Source: Candidatus Gastranaerophilales bacterium | GTDB taxonomy: Bacteria > Cyanobacteriota > Vampirovibrionia > Gastranaerophilales > Gastranaerophilaceae | Length of the DNA: 64,000 nt | Assembly: GCA_944326115.1 (NCBI GenBank) | Contig: CALVCQ010000006.1 | Span: 5,292 to 69,291, forward strand | Direction: 5' to 3' | Shown: positions 37,932 to 47,254 of the stretch, one piece after another | Position numbering within the stretch: the stretch's first letter is position 1 | Layout of the letters: each line of letters starts with the position of its first letter | Translations under genes and position numbers: made by a program | The notes under the pieces: generated by a model | Databases searched by the model: none | Told to the model about the DNA's origin: nothing | Seen by the model: the letters and a program-made list of their open reading frames with translations, nothing else

Positions 37932-37963
37932 AAAAAAAGACCTCTTAAAAAAGAGGTCTTTTT
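37932..37963 (-). terminator. rho-independent terminator directly after the 91-aa ORF
   Basis: Stem aagacctctt / aagaggtctt with loop aaaa, flanked by A- and T-runs. The stem sequence is the same as in the terminators at 19.6 and 19.8 kb. Confidence 0.65.
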
Positions 37964-38237
37964 ATTGTTTTCCGCCTGAAATAAAGTTTACTATATCAAA
38001 TAAAGAATCTTTTACAAAAGCAACAGCCAGTTCCTGAACAGGTCTTTTGTCAATATAATCAAATGCGATATAAAGAGGGTCTCTTGAATTTTTAAATCTC
38101 ATTCTTATATCTTTTTTATCAAGAATAGCAAGATTGGCTTGAAGTCTGTTTTCGCTCTGTGCTTTTCTCAAAAGAGGTCTGAATTGACCATTGCCGCCTC
38201 TGTTATTTTGAGCATCGCCTGCCGGATTAATTGCCAT
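37962..38237 (-). CDS. hypothetical protein
   Basis: 91-aa ORF with a GGAG-type site upstream and a terminator immediately downstream. No motif recognised. Confidence 0.5.
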   Translation of the reverse strand: MAINPAGDAQNNRGGNGQFRPLLRKAQSENRLQANLAILDKKDIRMRFKNSRDPLYIAFDYIDKRPVQELAVAFVKDSLFDIVNFISGGKQ

Positions 38238-38421
38238 CTTGTTTCTCCTTTTATATACTCTTGTATATATAAAGTTATATACTTTTAAAAAATTGCGTAT
38301 ATACTTTTACTTTGTTACAAATTCTTTACAAAATATCTGTATTAAATTTTTATAAATATTTTTGTAATTTGGCTGTGGTAGTATTACAATAAGACAATAC
38401 ATTTAAGGAGTGAGTATTAAG

Positions 38422-39510
38422 ATGAGAACTTATAAATCAGAGGAAATTTCAGAGATAGTAGGAGGTATTCTTACAAAAGTTACAGAGGCATCTATTGATA
38501 AATTAAGACCGCCTCTTTTGGCTGATGAAAATTCACTTGCTCTTGCGCTGAATGAAGAGGAAATAGAAAATTTGTCAAAAACAACTGCAAAAGTTGCACT
38601 TGTGCCGCTTGGCGTTAATTGCGAACATCTTTCTACAATAGAAGTGGAAAGACCCCGTCTTGCAATGATGAAATTGCTTCATCTTTTTTATGATGCACCT
38701 GATGCACCTATCGGTATTCATCCCAGTGCTGTTATACATCCTGATGCAAAAATCGGTGAAAATGTATCAATCGGTCCTAACGTAGTTATTTCCAGAAATA
38801 CAGTTATCGGTAATAACACAAAACTTCTTGCAAATATTTATATAGGCAAAAATTGTACAGTTGGAGAAAACTGTTTATTTCATGCCGGTGTAAATGTCGG
38901 TGATTGTTCTCAAATCGGAAACAGAGTAATTTTGCAGCATGGTGTAAGTATAGGTGCTGACGGGTTCAGTTTTGTAACAGAAAATCCCGATGTAATTGAA
39001 CAAGCCCGAAAAGAAGGTGCAGTAAAGGAATCAAATACAAAACAAAAGGTTTATAAAATACCTTCTATAGGAGGTGTGGTAATTGCTGATGATGTAGAAA
39101 TAGGAGCAAATACCTGTATAGACAGAGGTACAATAGAAAATACCTATATCGGACCTCAGACAAAAATTGATAACCTTGTGCAGATTGGTCATAACTGTAA
39201 AGTAGGCGGTGCTTGTATGATAGTTTCACAGGTCGGACTTGCAGGCAGTTGTAAAATTGGAGACAGAGTTGTAATTGCAGGTCAGGCAGGTCTTGCAGAT
39301 CACTTAAGTATCGGCTCTGATTCAATCATTATGGCACAAGCGGGTGTAACAAAATCTTTCCCTGAAAAATCAATTATAATTGGTGCACCGGCTGTACCAA
39401 GAAAAGATTTTATAAAACAGCTGAAAATGATGAAATCAGCAGAAGATGTTGTTGCTAAATTTAAAAAGTATGAGCATTTGCTGGAATCATTTGAGCAGGG
39501 AGAACAGTAA
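38422..39510 (+). CDS. lpxD: UDP-3-O-acylglucosamine N-acyltransferase
   Basis: Hexapeptide repeats throughout ([25 protein letters not shown]...) and LpxD-type GADGFSF. The ATG at 38422 is preferred over the track GTG at 38410, which overlaps the AAGGAG Shine-Dalgarno. Confidence 0.88.
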   Translation: MRTYKSEEISEIVGGILTKVTEASIDKLRPPLLADENSLALALNEEEIENLSKTTAKVALVPLGVNCEHLSTIEVERPRLAMMKLLHLFYDAPDAPIGIHPSAVIHPDAKIGENVSIGPNVVISRNTVIGNNTKLLANIYIGKNCTVGENCLFHAGVNVGDCSQIGNRVILQHGVSIGADGFSFVTENPDVIEQARKEGAVKESNTKQKVYKIPSIGGVVIADDVEIGANTCIDRGTIENTYIGPQTKIDNLVQIGHNCKVGGACMIVSQVGLAGSCKIGDRVVIAGQAGLADHLSIGSDSIIMAQAGVTKSFPEKSIIIGAPAVPRKDFIKQLKMMKSAEDVVAKFKKYEHLLESFEQGEQ

Positions 39511-40322
39511 TGAATGCAACGGTTGTTAATACCATTTTGAAAGAGTATTCTGTTTCGTCAAAAGGTTTGATGACAGGTATTGATTCTACGGCAAAACTTG
39601 TCCCTTCAGATAAAAAAGGCATAAGATTCCATATAGGCGAAAATGTTGTAGAAGCATCTGTAGACAGTGTTGTATCAACAGAACACTGCACAGTAATCGG
39701 CAATGACAAGATTAAAGTAATGCTTATAGAACATTTTATGGCTGCTTGTGCAATATGTCATATTGACGCAATTGATGTATATTTATCTCATTTTGAAATG
39801 CCTGTATTGGACGGCGGTGCTGCTGAATGGGTCGAAATATTTAAAGAAGCGGGAAATACTTCAAACGAATCTTATATATTAACCGAACCTGTTTATTATT
39901 TTAACGGCAAAACTCATTTGATTGCTGTTCCGTCGGATGAATTTAAAGTTACATATTCTGTTAATTTTAATCATCCTGAATTAAATCACAGGTGGGTATC
40001 TTTGGAAAAAGATAAATTGAATGAAATTATCGAAGCCAGAACATTTGGATATCTAAAAGAACTTGAAATGTTGCAGTCTGCCGGTTATGCCAGAGGTGTG
40101 AGTCTGGAAAATACAGTCGGCATGACAGATACCGGTTATACTGCCGAACTAAAAAGTTCTTTTGAACCTGTAAAACACAAAATTCTGGACTTAATAGGCG
40201 ATTTCTATTTGACAGGTTTTAATCCGCTGGATTTGAAGGCAGAAATAATTGTTAAAGAAGCCGGTCATGCTGTACACGTTAAAGCAGCAAAAATTTTAAA
40301 AGATAAAATAGAAATAGAATAG
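39510..40322 (+). CDS. lpxC: UDP-3-O-acyl-N-acetylglucosamine deacetylase
   Basis: 270-aa ORF with EHFMAA, FGYLKELE and HKILDLIGDFYL LpxC contexts. Its ATG overlaps the lpxD stop (TAATG). Confidence 0.88.
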   Translation: MNATVVNTILKEYSVSSKGLMTGIDSTAKLVPSDKKGIRFHIGENVVEASVDSVVSTEHCTVIGNDKIKVMLIEHFMAACAICHIDAIDVYLSHFEMPVLDGGAAEWVEIFKEAGNTSNESYILTEPVYYFNGKTHLIAVPSDEFKVTYSVNFNHPELNHRWVSLEKDKLNEIIEARTFGYLKELEMLQSAGYARGVSLENTVGMTDTGYTAELKSSFEPVKHKILDLIGDFYLTGFNPLDLKAEIIVKEAGHAVHVKAAKILKDKIEIE

Positions 40323-40355
40323 ATAGCTAGTAATATATTTGAAGAGGAGTTATAA

Positions 40356-40811
40356 ATGACTGAACAAAATACTGCAGAACAAACATTAAAGTTTGATGTG
40401 ATGGAAATTATGAGCATGATACCGCATCGTTATCCTTTCTTACTTGTAGACAGAATAACCGAATGCGTTCCGGGTAAGTATTCAAAAGGGTATAAAAACT
40501 TGACTTTTAATGAGCCGTTCTTTCAGGGCCACTTTCCAGGTAATCCGATAATGCCCGGTGTTCTTCAGGCGGAAGCTCTTGCACAGCTCGGTGCAGGTAT
40601 TTTAATGACAATGGAAGAATATAAGGGAAAACTTGTTGTCTATGCAGGTATTGATAATTGCAGATTTAAAAGAATTGTGCGTCCCGGGGACAGACTTGAT
40701 ATGGAAGTTGAACTTGTTAAAGTTAAAGGACCTGTTATTAAAGCACAGGGTAAGGCAACAGTTGACGGGCAGCTTGCTATGTCTGCAGATATGATTTTTT
40801 CTGTTGTTTAG
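40356..40811 (+). CDS. fabZ: 3-hydroxyacyl-ACP dehydratase
   Basis: 151-aa ORF with PHRYPFLLVDRI and FFQGHFPGNPIMPGVLQAEALAQ. Confidence 0.93.
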   Translation: MTEQNTAEQTLKFDVMEIMSMIPHRYPFLLVDRITECVPGKYSKGYKNLTFNEPFFQGHFPGNPIMPGVLQAEALAQLGAGILMTMEEYKGKLVVYAGIDNCRFKRIVRPGDRLDMEVELVKVKGPVIKAQGKATVDGQLAMSADMIFSVV

Positions 40812-40865
40812 TAAAGAATCTTGATGACAGATAATACATCATATTTTTAAATGAAAGGAAAACAA

Positions 40866-41654
40866 ATGATAGATAATAGAGCGATAATAGCTGACGATGC
40901 AATTATCGGACAGAATGTTACAATCGGTGCAAATGCAATTATCGGCAGCGGTGTAAAAATAGGTGATAATGTAACCATTATGCCTAACGCTTACCTTGAA
41001 TACTGTGAAATTGGCGAAGGAACTATTATATCTCCATTTGCAAGCATAGGTACAGCACCGCAGGATTTGGGCTACAAAAATGAGCCAACAAAATCTATCA
41101 TCGGTAAAAACTGTATAATAAAAGAGTATGCGACTGTAAACAGAGCTGCTACTGAAGGAGATGCAACTATTGTCGGCGATAGATGCATGCTTATGACATC
41201 AACCCACGTGGCTCACAACTGTGTTCTTGAAGATGAGGTTATCATGGCAAACCTTGCAACTTTAGGGGGACACTGCCATGTAGGAAAAGGTGCATTTCTT
41301 GGCGGAATGAGCGTATTTCACCAGAATGTAAGAATAGGCGAGATGTGTATTATAAGCGGTTTTTCAGCGGCAAGGATGGATTGTCTGCCTTATGTCAAAG
41401 GAGAAGGCAGACCGCCAATACCCCATGGTATTAATGCAATCGGATTAAAAAGAAGAGGTATTGCACCTGAGGTCCGTGATCATTTAAAAGAGGCTCTTAA
41501 AATTCTAAAATCAGAAAAATATCTTATTTCAAAAGCCTGTGATGTAATTGAACAAGAAGTGCCTCAAGATGAATATGTTAAAAAGTTTGTTCAATTTATT
41601 CGTGAATCAAAAAGAGGAATTACTCTCAGAAAAGCAGAAAATACAATGTATTAA
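40866..41654 (+). CDS. lpxA: acyl-ACP--UDP-N-acetylglucosamine O-acyltransferase
   Basis: Hexapeptide repeats plus the C-terminal helical domain. The ATG at 40866 (MIDNRAII..., AAGGAA 5 nt upstream) is preferred to the track start at 40851. Confidence 0.88.
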   Translation: MIDNRAIIADDAIIGQNVTIGANAIIGSGVKIGDNVTIMPNAYLEYCEIGEGTIISPFASIGTAPQDLGYKNEPTKSIIGKNCIIKEYATVNRAATEGDATIVGDRCMLMTSTHVAHNCVLEDEVIMANLATLGGHCHVGKGAFLGGMSVFHQNVRIGEMCIISGFSAARMDCLPYVKGEGRPPIPHGINAIGLKRRGIAPEVRDHLKEALKILKSEKYLISKACDVIEQEVPQDEYVKKFVQFIRESKRGITLRKAENTMY

Positions 41655-41673
41655 TTTGTTTTAGCATATAAGA

Positions 41674-41710
41674 AAAAGCCGGTTATAAGAAATTTAGCCG
41701 GCTTTTCTAT
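41674..41710 (+). terminator. rho-independent terminator after lpxA
   Basis: Stem aaaagccgg / ccggctttt followed by T-rich sequence. Confidence 0.65.
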
Positions 41711-41770
41711 TTACGGTTGTTGTAAAAAGTATTATAATTAACTGCTGAATACATTTAAAAAGGATAGAAT

Positions 41771-42874
41771 ATGAACTCACTATGGTCAAAATACGCACAG
41801 GTTCTTGTTGATTATTCAACAAAAGTTAAAAAAGGCGAAATGGTTATAATAAGGGCTACAGGTCATGAAGCACAGCCGCTGGTAAAAGAAATATACAAAC
41901 AGGTATTGCAAAGAGGGGCAAATCCTATAGTAAAAACAACGATGGAAGGGCTTGCCGAAACTTTTATAAAATATGCTGATGATGAACAGCTTGCTTATAT
42001 CGATCCGATGACAGAACTTGAATACGAAAAAGCTGATGTTATGATTTCTATCGGTGCACCTGCAAATACAAAGTCAATGGCAAAAGCAGACTCTAAAAAA
42101 ATGGCAAAACGTTCTGCTGCAACAAAAGAGCTTTCTAACAAAATGTTAAAACGTTCTGCTGAAGGTTCTTTAAGATGGGTTATTGCTGATTTTCCAACAA
42201 ATGCTCTTGCTCAGGAAGCAAAAATGTCGCTTGATGATTACACAGACTTTTTGATAAAGGCATGCTATTTGCATTTAGACAATCCGATTGAAAAATGGCA
42301 GGAAATAAACAAAGAGCAACAGAGACTTGCTGATTATTTAAATAATACAACTAAGCTGCATATAATTGGTGAAGAAACAGATATAACTTTTGATACAACA
42401 GGAAGAAAATGGCTTAACTGTTCAGGTGAATGCAATTTCCCTGACGGTGAAATTTATACATCACCGGTAGAAGATAGTGCAAATGGCACGATTTATTTTG
42501 ATTTTCCTCAAATATACAGAGGCAATGAGTCACACAAAGTTCGTCTGCGATTGGAAAACGGAAAGGTTGTAGAAGCAACAGCAGAAAAAGGAGAAGAGTA
42601 TTTCCTTAACATGATAGACATGGACGAGGGTTCCCGATTTGTCGGTGAAATTGCTATCGGCACAAACAATATGATACAAGAGATAACAGGAAATATACTT
42701 TTTGATGAAAAAATAGGCGGCGCTATACACATGGCACTTGGTGCTTCTTATCCGGAAGCAGGCGGAAAAAATCAATCCGGTCTGCATTGGGACTTAATAA
42801 AGAATATGAAAAACGGCTCCGAGATATATGCAGACGACACTCTTGTTTATAAAGACGGAAAATTTGTAATATAA
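41771..42874 (+). CDS. aminopeptidase, peptidase M29 (AmpS/PepS-like)
   Basis: 367-aa ORF with overall resemblance to thermophilic metalloprotease M29 (FPDGEIYTSP, GEIAIGTN, HMALG). Recognised from memory. Confidence 0.7.
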   Translation: MNSLWSKYAQVLVDYSTKVKKGEMVIIRATGHEAQPLVKEIYKQVLQRGANPIVKTTMEGLAETFIKYADDEQLAYIDPMTELEYEKADVMISIGAPANTKSMAKADSKKMAKRSAATKELSNKMLKRSAEGSLRWVIADFPTNALAQEAKMSLDDYTDFLIKACYLHLDNPIEKWQEINKEQQRLADYLNNTTKLHIIGEETDITFDTTGRKWLNCSGECNFPDGEIYTSPVEDSANGTIYFDFPQIYRGNESHKVRLRLENGKVVEATAEKGEEYFLNMIDMDEGSRFVGEIAIGTNNMIQEITGNILFDEKIGGAIHMALGASYPEAGGKNQSGLHWDLIKNMKNGSEIYADDTLVYKDGKFVI

Positions 42875-42910
42875 ACAGATTTGACAAATTTTGAATGATA
42901 ACATTTTGTT

Positions 42911-42942
42911 CATATTATAAATTGCTTGCAATTTATAATATG
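42911..42942. promoter_or_regulatory. 32-bp palindromic operator candidate overlapping the -35 element of the rubrerythrin promoter
   Basis: catattataaattgc-tt-gcaatttataatatg has 15-bp perfect arms. TTGCAA (42926-42931), 17 nt, TATAAT (42949-42954) lies 67 nt upstream of the rbr ATG. Confidence 0.5.
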
Positions 42943-43021
42943 AATGTGTATAATAATTTTATTCGGAATGATTCTTAATAAGAATTTTCTGATAGACAGT
43001 TAAGTATGAAAGAGGTAAATT

Positions 43022-43573
43022 ATGGCAAAATTTGTATGTTCAGTTTGCGGTTATGTATATGAAGGTGATAACCCTCCTGCAAAATGCCCTATGTGCGGTG
43101 TCGGTGCAGAAAAGTTTAATAAAGTTGAAGAAGGCGCAGGTACAATAGGCTGGGCTGACGAGCACAGAATCGGTGTTGGTGCTGATGTTGATGCAGAAGT
43201 AAAACAGGGCTTGAAAGATCACTTCTTAGGAGAATGTACAGAAGTCGGAATGTACCTTGCAATGAGCAGACAGGCTGACAGAGAAGGTTATCCTGAAGTA
43301 GCGGAAGCTTATAAAAGAATAGCATGGGAAGAAGCAGAGCATGCAGCAAAATTTGCAGAATTACTGGGTGAAGTTGTAACAAACTCTACTAAGAAAAATC
43401 TTGAAATGCGAGTTGAAGCTGAATCAGGAGCTTGTGCTGCTAAAAAAGCTATTGCGTCAAGAGCAAAAGAACTTAATCTTGATGCTATCCATGACACAGT
43501 ACACGAAATGTGCAAAGACGAAGCCCGTCACGGTCAGGCATTCCAGGGCTTGTTAAAAAGATATTTCGGTTAG
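43022..43573 (+). CDS. rbr: reverse rubrerythrin (N-terminal rubredoxin-like domain, C-terminal di-iron four-helix bundle)
   Basis: 183-aa ORF with [10 protein letters not shown]...CPMCG at the N-terminus, then [17 protein letters not shown] and KDEARHGQ di-iron ligand contexts. Confidence 0.88.
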   Translation: MAKFVCSVCGYVYEGDNPPAKCPMCGVGAEKFNKVEEGAGTIGWADEHRIGVGADVDAEVKQGLKDHFLGECTEVGMYLAMSRQADREGYPEVAEAYKRIAWEEAEHAAKFAELLGEVVTNSTKKNLEMRVEAESGACAAKKAIASRAKELNLDAIHDTVHEMCKDEARHGQAFQGLLKRYFG

Positions 43574-43588
43574 TCTAAAACACTATAG

Positions 43589-43627
43589 AAAAAACCTGCA
43601 GTTATAGCTAACTGCAGGTTTTTTTGT
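43589..43627 (+). terminator. rho-independent terminator after rbr
   Basis: Stem aaaaacctgcagtta / taactgcaggttttt followed by a T-run. Confidence 0.7.
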
Positions 43628-43727
43628 TTTTTACAAAATTCTAATTTGTAAAAATATATTACGCATAATTTATTGAATCAGCAAATAATTTTATTACATG
43701 CTTTGATATATACAAAGGAGAAGGTAT

Positions 43728-45029
43728 ATGAAAGTATGTAACACAAATATTTTTTACAATAATAGTTCAAACAAAGCAAAACAATTTACGTTTAAAGCTG
43801 TAAGTATTGATCCTGACAGCCTGTACAAACAGCCGAACGGACTGATTATTTCTGACGGAGATGACGAAATAAACACTCTTAGAAACAATGGTGTCACAGA
43901 AGAAATAAACAAATTAGATAATGAATTTCAATCAATCAGCGAAGAGATGAGAATTAGAAGAAAAATAGAAGAAGAAAAGCCATTGTGGAGACAAACTAAG
44001 AGAATTTTTAGAAACATAAATAAAAGAGAAGCTATTTTAAAAAATCAAACTATGGACAAAAAAGATAGATTTGTCTCACAATACTCTGAAAGAGTTGATA
44101 AAGTAAATGAAATCACAGATACCGTATCAACAAAAGTCACAGAAAACAATGTTGATCCCGAATACAAAAGACTCAAAGCAAACAGAGAATTTGATGATTA
44201 CAAAGGCAGTTTTACAAAAGCAAACGGTTTTAAAAAAATTGCAGGTTATGATTCCGAAAAATCAATTCTTTATAAATACTTTATCTCTGAAATAAAAAAA
44301 GAACAAAAAGGTGAACAGGCCAATGTACCAAATGCTGTTTTATTTTTTGGTCCCACGGGTAATGGCAAGACGACTTTTGCAAAAGCTTTTGCCAATGAAA
44401 CAGGGTGCAGGCTTGTTCCAATAAGAACCAAAGTTGAAGGTAATCTCGTTTCAGAAAAATACAATTTATTCTATAAACAACTTATAAAACAAGCAGAAAA
44501 GTCTGAAGAACACTTCCAAAAGACAGGTGTGCGTTCGATAATTTTTATTGATGAAATTACAAAAGTTGCAGACAAACAGTCCTCTATATTGCCGGAACTT
44601 GCTGATTTCTTTGCGAATTGTTCAAAAAAATACCACTGTACAATGTTTTGTGCTTCTAACCATCCTCTGAATATAGGACTGCCTATGGAGGGCAGAAATT
44701 CTGTATTCCCTTATATTGTATCTATTGATCCGCCAAATCTTGATAACAAAGCAAAAATAATGCAATACTATCTCAACGGCAGAGTTAATTCCGATATAGA
44801 TTATGATAAACTTGCTGAATACATGGATAGTGCTGAACAAGATGCACATGGAATATACAATATCTCGCAAATCAAAGATGAAATTTGTCTTGAAGGCAGT
44901 GAAAAGATGATGACAGAAGGAGATATTAAGCAAAATATTGATAAAACCAGCCCGAATATAAATCAGGCAGATTTAGACAAATACTCGGAAGAAATGGACA
45001 AACTAATAAGAAACGAAATAAAGGACTGA
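43728..45029 (+). CDS. AAA+ ATPase (classic clade-like, intact Walker A/B) with long N-terminal charged region
   Basis: 433-aa ORF with VLFFGPTGNGKTTFAKAF (Walker A), SIIFIDEI (Walker B) and FCASNHP (sensor 1). AAGGAGAAGG Shine-Dalgarno upstream. FTFKA at aa 20-24. Confidence 0.8.
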   Translation: MKVCNTNIFYNNSSNKAKQFTFKAVSIDPDSLYKQPNGLIISDGDDEINTLRNNGVTEEINKLDNEFQSISEEMRIRRKIEEEKPLWRQTKRIFRNINKREAILKNQTMDKKDRFVSQYSERVDKVNEITDTVSTKVTENNVDPEYKRLKANREFDDYKGSFTKANGFKKIAGYDSEKSILYKYFISEIKKEQKGEQANVPNAVLFFGPTGNGKTTFAKAFANETGCRLVPIRTKVEGNLVSEKYNLFYKQLIKQAEKSEEHFQKTGVRSIIFIDEITKVADKQSSILPELADFFANCSKKYHCTMFCASNHPLNIGLPMEGRNSVFPYIVSIDPPNLDNKAKIMQYYLNGRVNSDIDYDKLAEYMDSAEQDAHGIYNISQIKDEICLEGSEKMMTEGDIKQNIDKTSPNINQADLDKYSEEMDKLIRNEIKD

Positions 45030-45030
45030 T

Positions 45031-45897
45031 ATGTCAAGTTTGATACAACAACTGCAAAATAGTACAAATGCAGCAGCTATGCAACTGACTGTGCAGCCTG
45101 ATTCAAAAAAGCAGAATACAGCTAAAAAACTTACCGTTTACGGAACAGCTGTACCTGTATTTGCTGCAGCAGGGGGATATTTTGGATATGATTCTTTTCA
45201 AAAGGAAAAGGAATATCTAAAAAAAGCTCTTGATGTAAGAGTTGATGGTAATATACAGAATTTTAGAAATCATATACTGTCCAATTTTGCAGATTTAGTA
45301 TTAAGAATAAAAGAAGGCAGATCAACAGAAATGCCTAATTGTTTACTAATCAAGGGCAATGACCCTGAATACTGTGAAAGAATTATAAACTGGATAGGAA
45401 AAACTAGTAATTCTGATTTTATACCTATTAAGATCGGAGACGATATACTTTCCCATTTAGAAAAAGCGGAAGAAAATTTTCAAAGAACTAAAAATTGGAC
45501 TCTGTTGTATGTAAAAAATATGGACAAACTGATTGACCACAATGAGGTACAAGACAATATAGTTGAAGGAATGAAAGATATCATGTCAGCTGCAGCAGAA
45601 GATTATCACACAACCATTATTTTTTCATCCGCACATCCGGAAAAACTTGACAAAATTGCGCTGCAGCCGCACAGAGTCAAAAGAGTTTTTGATATAAACA
45701 AAATTGATGAAAACAAATTTTTCGAGACAGACAAAATTATACAAAACTGGAATAAAAACAATGACAGATACGAACAACTGATAAATAACAAAAGTATAAA
45801 AAATTCTAAAATTGCAAAATTTTCAGTTTGCGGACTTATTGCCGGTGCGGGCATTGCAGCATTGATAAATAGCATTGTAAATAAAAATAAAAAATAA
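45031..45897 (+). CDS. degenerate AAA+-like paralogue lacking Walker A, with C-terminal TM anchor
   Basis: 288-aa ORF whose ATG lies 1 nt after the upstream stop. MPNCLLIKGNDPEYCERIINWIG replaces the P-loop. LLYVKNMDKL and IIFSSAHP align to Walker B and sensor 1 of the first gene. C-terminal FSVCGLIAGAGIAALINSIV. Confidence 0.7.
   Translation: MSSLIQQLQNSTNAAAMQLTVQPDSKKQNTAKKLTVYGTAVPVFAAAGGYFGYDSFQKEKEYLKKALDVRVDGNIQNFRNHILSNFADLVLRIKEGRSTEMPNCLLIKGNDPEYCERIINWIGKTSNSDFIPIKIGDDILSHLEKAEENFQRTKNWTLLYVKNMDKLIDHNEVQDNIVEGMKDIMSAAAEDYHTTIIFSSAHPEKLDKIALQPHRVKRVFDINKIDENKFFETDKIIQNWNKNNDRYEQLINNKSIKNSKIAKFSVCGLIAGAGIAALINSIVNKNKK
45519..45602 (+). repeat. 84-bp block identical to 46726-46809 (copy 1)
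   Basis: tatggacaaactgattgaccacaatgaggtacaagacaatatagttgaaggaatgaaagatatcatgtcagctgcagcagaaga is present in both paralogues with no mismatch. Flanking coding sequence differs at many synonymous sites. Confidence 0.9.
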
Positions 45898-45916
45898 AAT
45901 ATATAAAGGAGAAAAA

Positions 45917-47164
45917 ATGATTACGCAAATTAACAACATCAGCTCAAGAGTTATTAATTCAACAAGCTCATCAAAAAATCCTGACAGCTTATTAAATTAT
46001 AAAAATAACAATCCGTCCTTTGATACATTCGAGCACAGTATATCATTTAAGGGTATAGAACTTCCTTCCGGTGAATATGAAAAAGAAGATATTGAATTTG
46101 CAAAACAAAAACTGAATGAATCAGATAACAAATGGAAAACAGATTTATACAAAAAAATATATAGCAACTTGAAAGAAAACAGACCGCTGAGAGTTTTTTA
46201 TACAAGAGGTCATGATAAAGGTTATTCTAATATGAATGACCCGGTTGAAAGAATAGGATTAGGTATTTTTACTCTCGGCTTAAATGAGCTTTCTGTACAA
46301 TTTGAAAATTGGAGTTTTAGAAAAGAAGCAAGAGACAGGGTTGCAAAAATGGATATATTAAGAGCAGAATTGCAGAATATCAAACTTAAAGAAGAAGTGG
46401 CGCAAATGCAAAAAGCAGAGCAATTCGCAGCACATAAAATGACCTATCTGAAAGAAATGAATGATGTAAAAGAACTTCAGATAAAACCAAAGCTTCTTGA
46501 TTTGATTCAAAGAGAAAGAGAAGGTCGTCCTACTGATATGCCAAACTGCATAATGCTATCCAATAAAAATGATAAAATTAATGAAGAACTGATAAAGTGG
46601 GCTGGTGAAAATGTAAACGGCAAATTTATAACAATACAAAACGGAGATGATATTTTATTACATCTTGAAGAAGCAGAAGAAAATTATCAAGAAACCGGAG
46701 ACTGGAACCTGCTGTATGTAAAAGGTATGGACAAACTGATTGACCACAATGAGGTACAAGACAATATAGTTGAAGGAATGAAAGATATCATGTCAGCTGC
46801 AGCAGAAGACTATCACACGACAATAATCTTTTCTTCAACTCATCCCGAAACATTAGACAAAATTGCTCTTCAGCCGCACAGAGTCAAAAAGATCTCTGCA
46901 GAAAAAATAATATCTCCGGAAGAATCAGCTCTCAATGATGCAAAAGAGCGAATAAAAAATGCAAACAATGTAAAAGACACTCCGATAAGCACTATCAATG
47001 ATTTGTTATTAATTGCCGGTGCAGATAAAAATGTAAAACTAACATGGGATTATACGGAAGAACAAATAAAAGAAATCGATAAAATTATATCAGACAAGTT
47101 TGGTTCTGCTGATAATTCAAGCTATATCGGAATTTATAATAAGGCAAAAGAAAATCTTATTTAA
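45917..47164 (+). CDS. degenerate AAA+-like paralogue lacking Walker A
   Basis: 415-aa ORF. MPNCIMLSNKNDKINEELIKWAG replaces the P-loop. The segment DKLIDHNEVQDNIVEGMKDIMSAAAEDYHTTIIFSS is identical to the previous gene. ISFKG at aa 42-46. Confidence 0.7.
   Translation: MITQINNISSRVINSTSSSKNPDSLLNYKNNNPSFDTFEHSISFKGIELPSGEYEKEDIEFAKQKLNESDNKWKTDLYKKIYSNLKENRPLRVFYTRGHDKGYSNMNDPVERIGLGIFTLGLNELSVQFENWSFRKEARDRVAKMDILRAELQNIKLKEEVAQMQKAEQFAAHKMTYLKEMNDVKELQIKPKLLDLIQREREGRPTDMPNCIMLSNKNDKINEELIKWAGENVNGKFITIQNGDDILLHLEEAEENYQETGDWNLLYVKGMDKLIDHNEVQDNIVEGMKDIMSAAAEDYHTTIIFSSTHPETLDKIALQPHRVKKISAEKIISPEESALNDAKERIKNANNVKDTPISTINDLLLIAGADKNVKLTWDYTEEQIKEIDKIISDKFGSADNSSYIGIYNKAKENLI
46726..46809 (+). 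repeat. 84-bp block identical to 45519-45602 (copy 2)
   Basis: See copy 1. Confidence 0.9.
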
Positions 47165-47187
47165 TAAAAATAAAATATAAAATAAAA

Positions 47188-47217
47188 TAAAAAGCGCAGC
47201 ACATCTACTGCGCTTTA
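47188..47217. terminator. hairpin terminator between the convergent genes ending at 47164 and 47255
   Basis: Stem aaagcgcag / ctgcgcttt with an 8-nt loop, preceded by an A-rich run. Confidence 0.6.
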
Positions 47218-47254
47218 CAATGCATAAAAATCTATAAAAAATACGAAAAACTTT

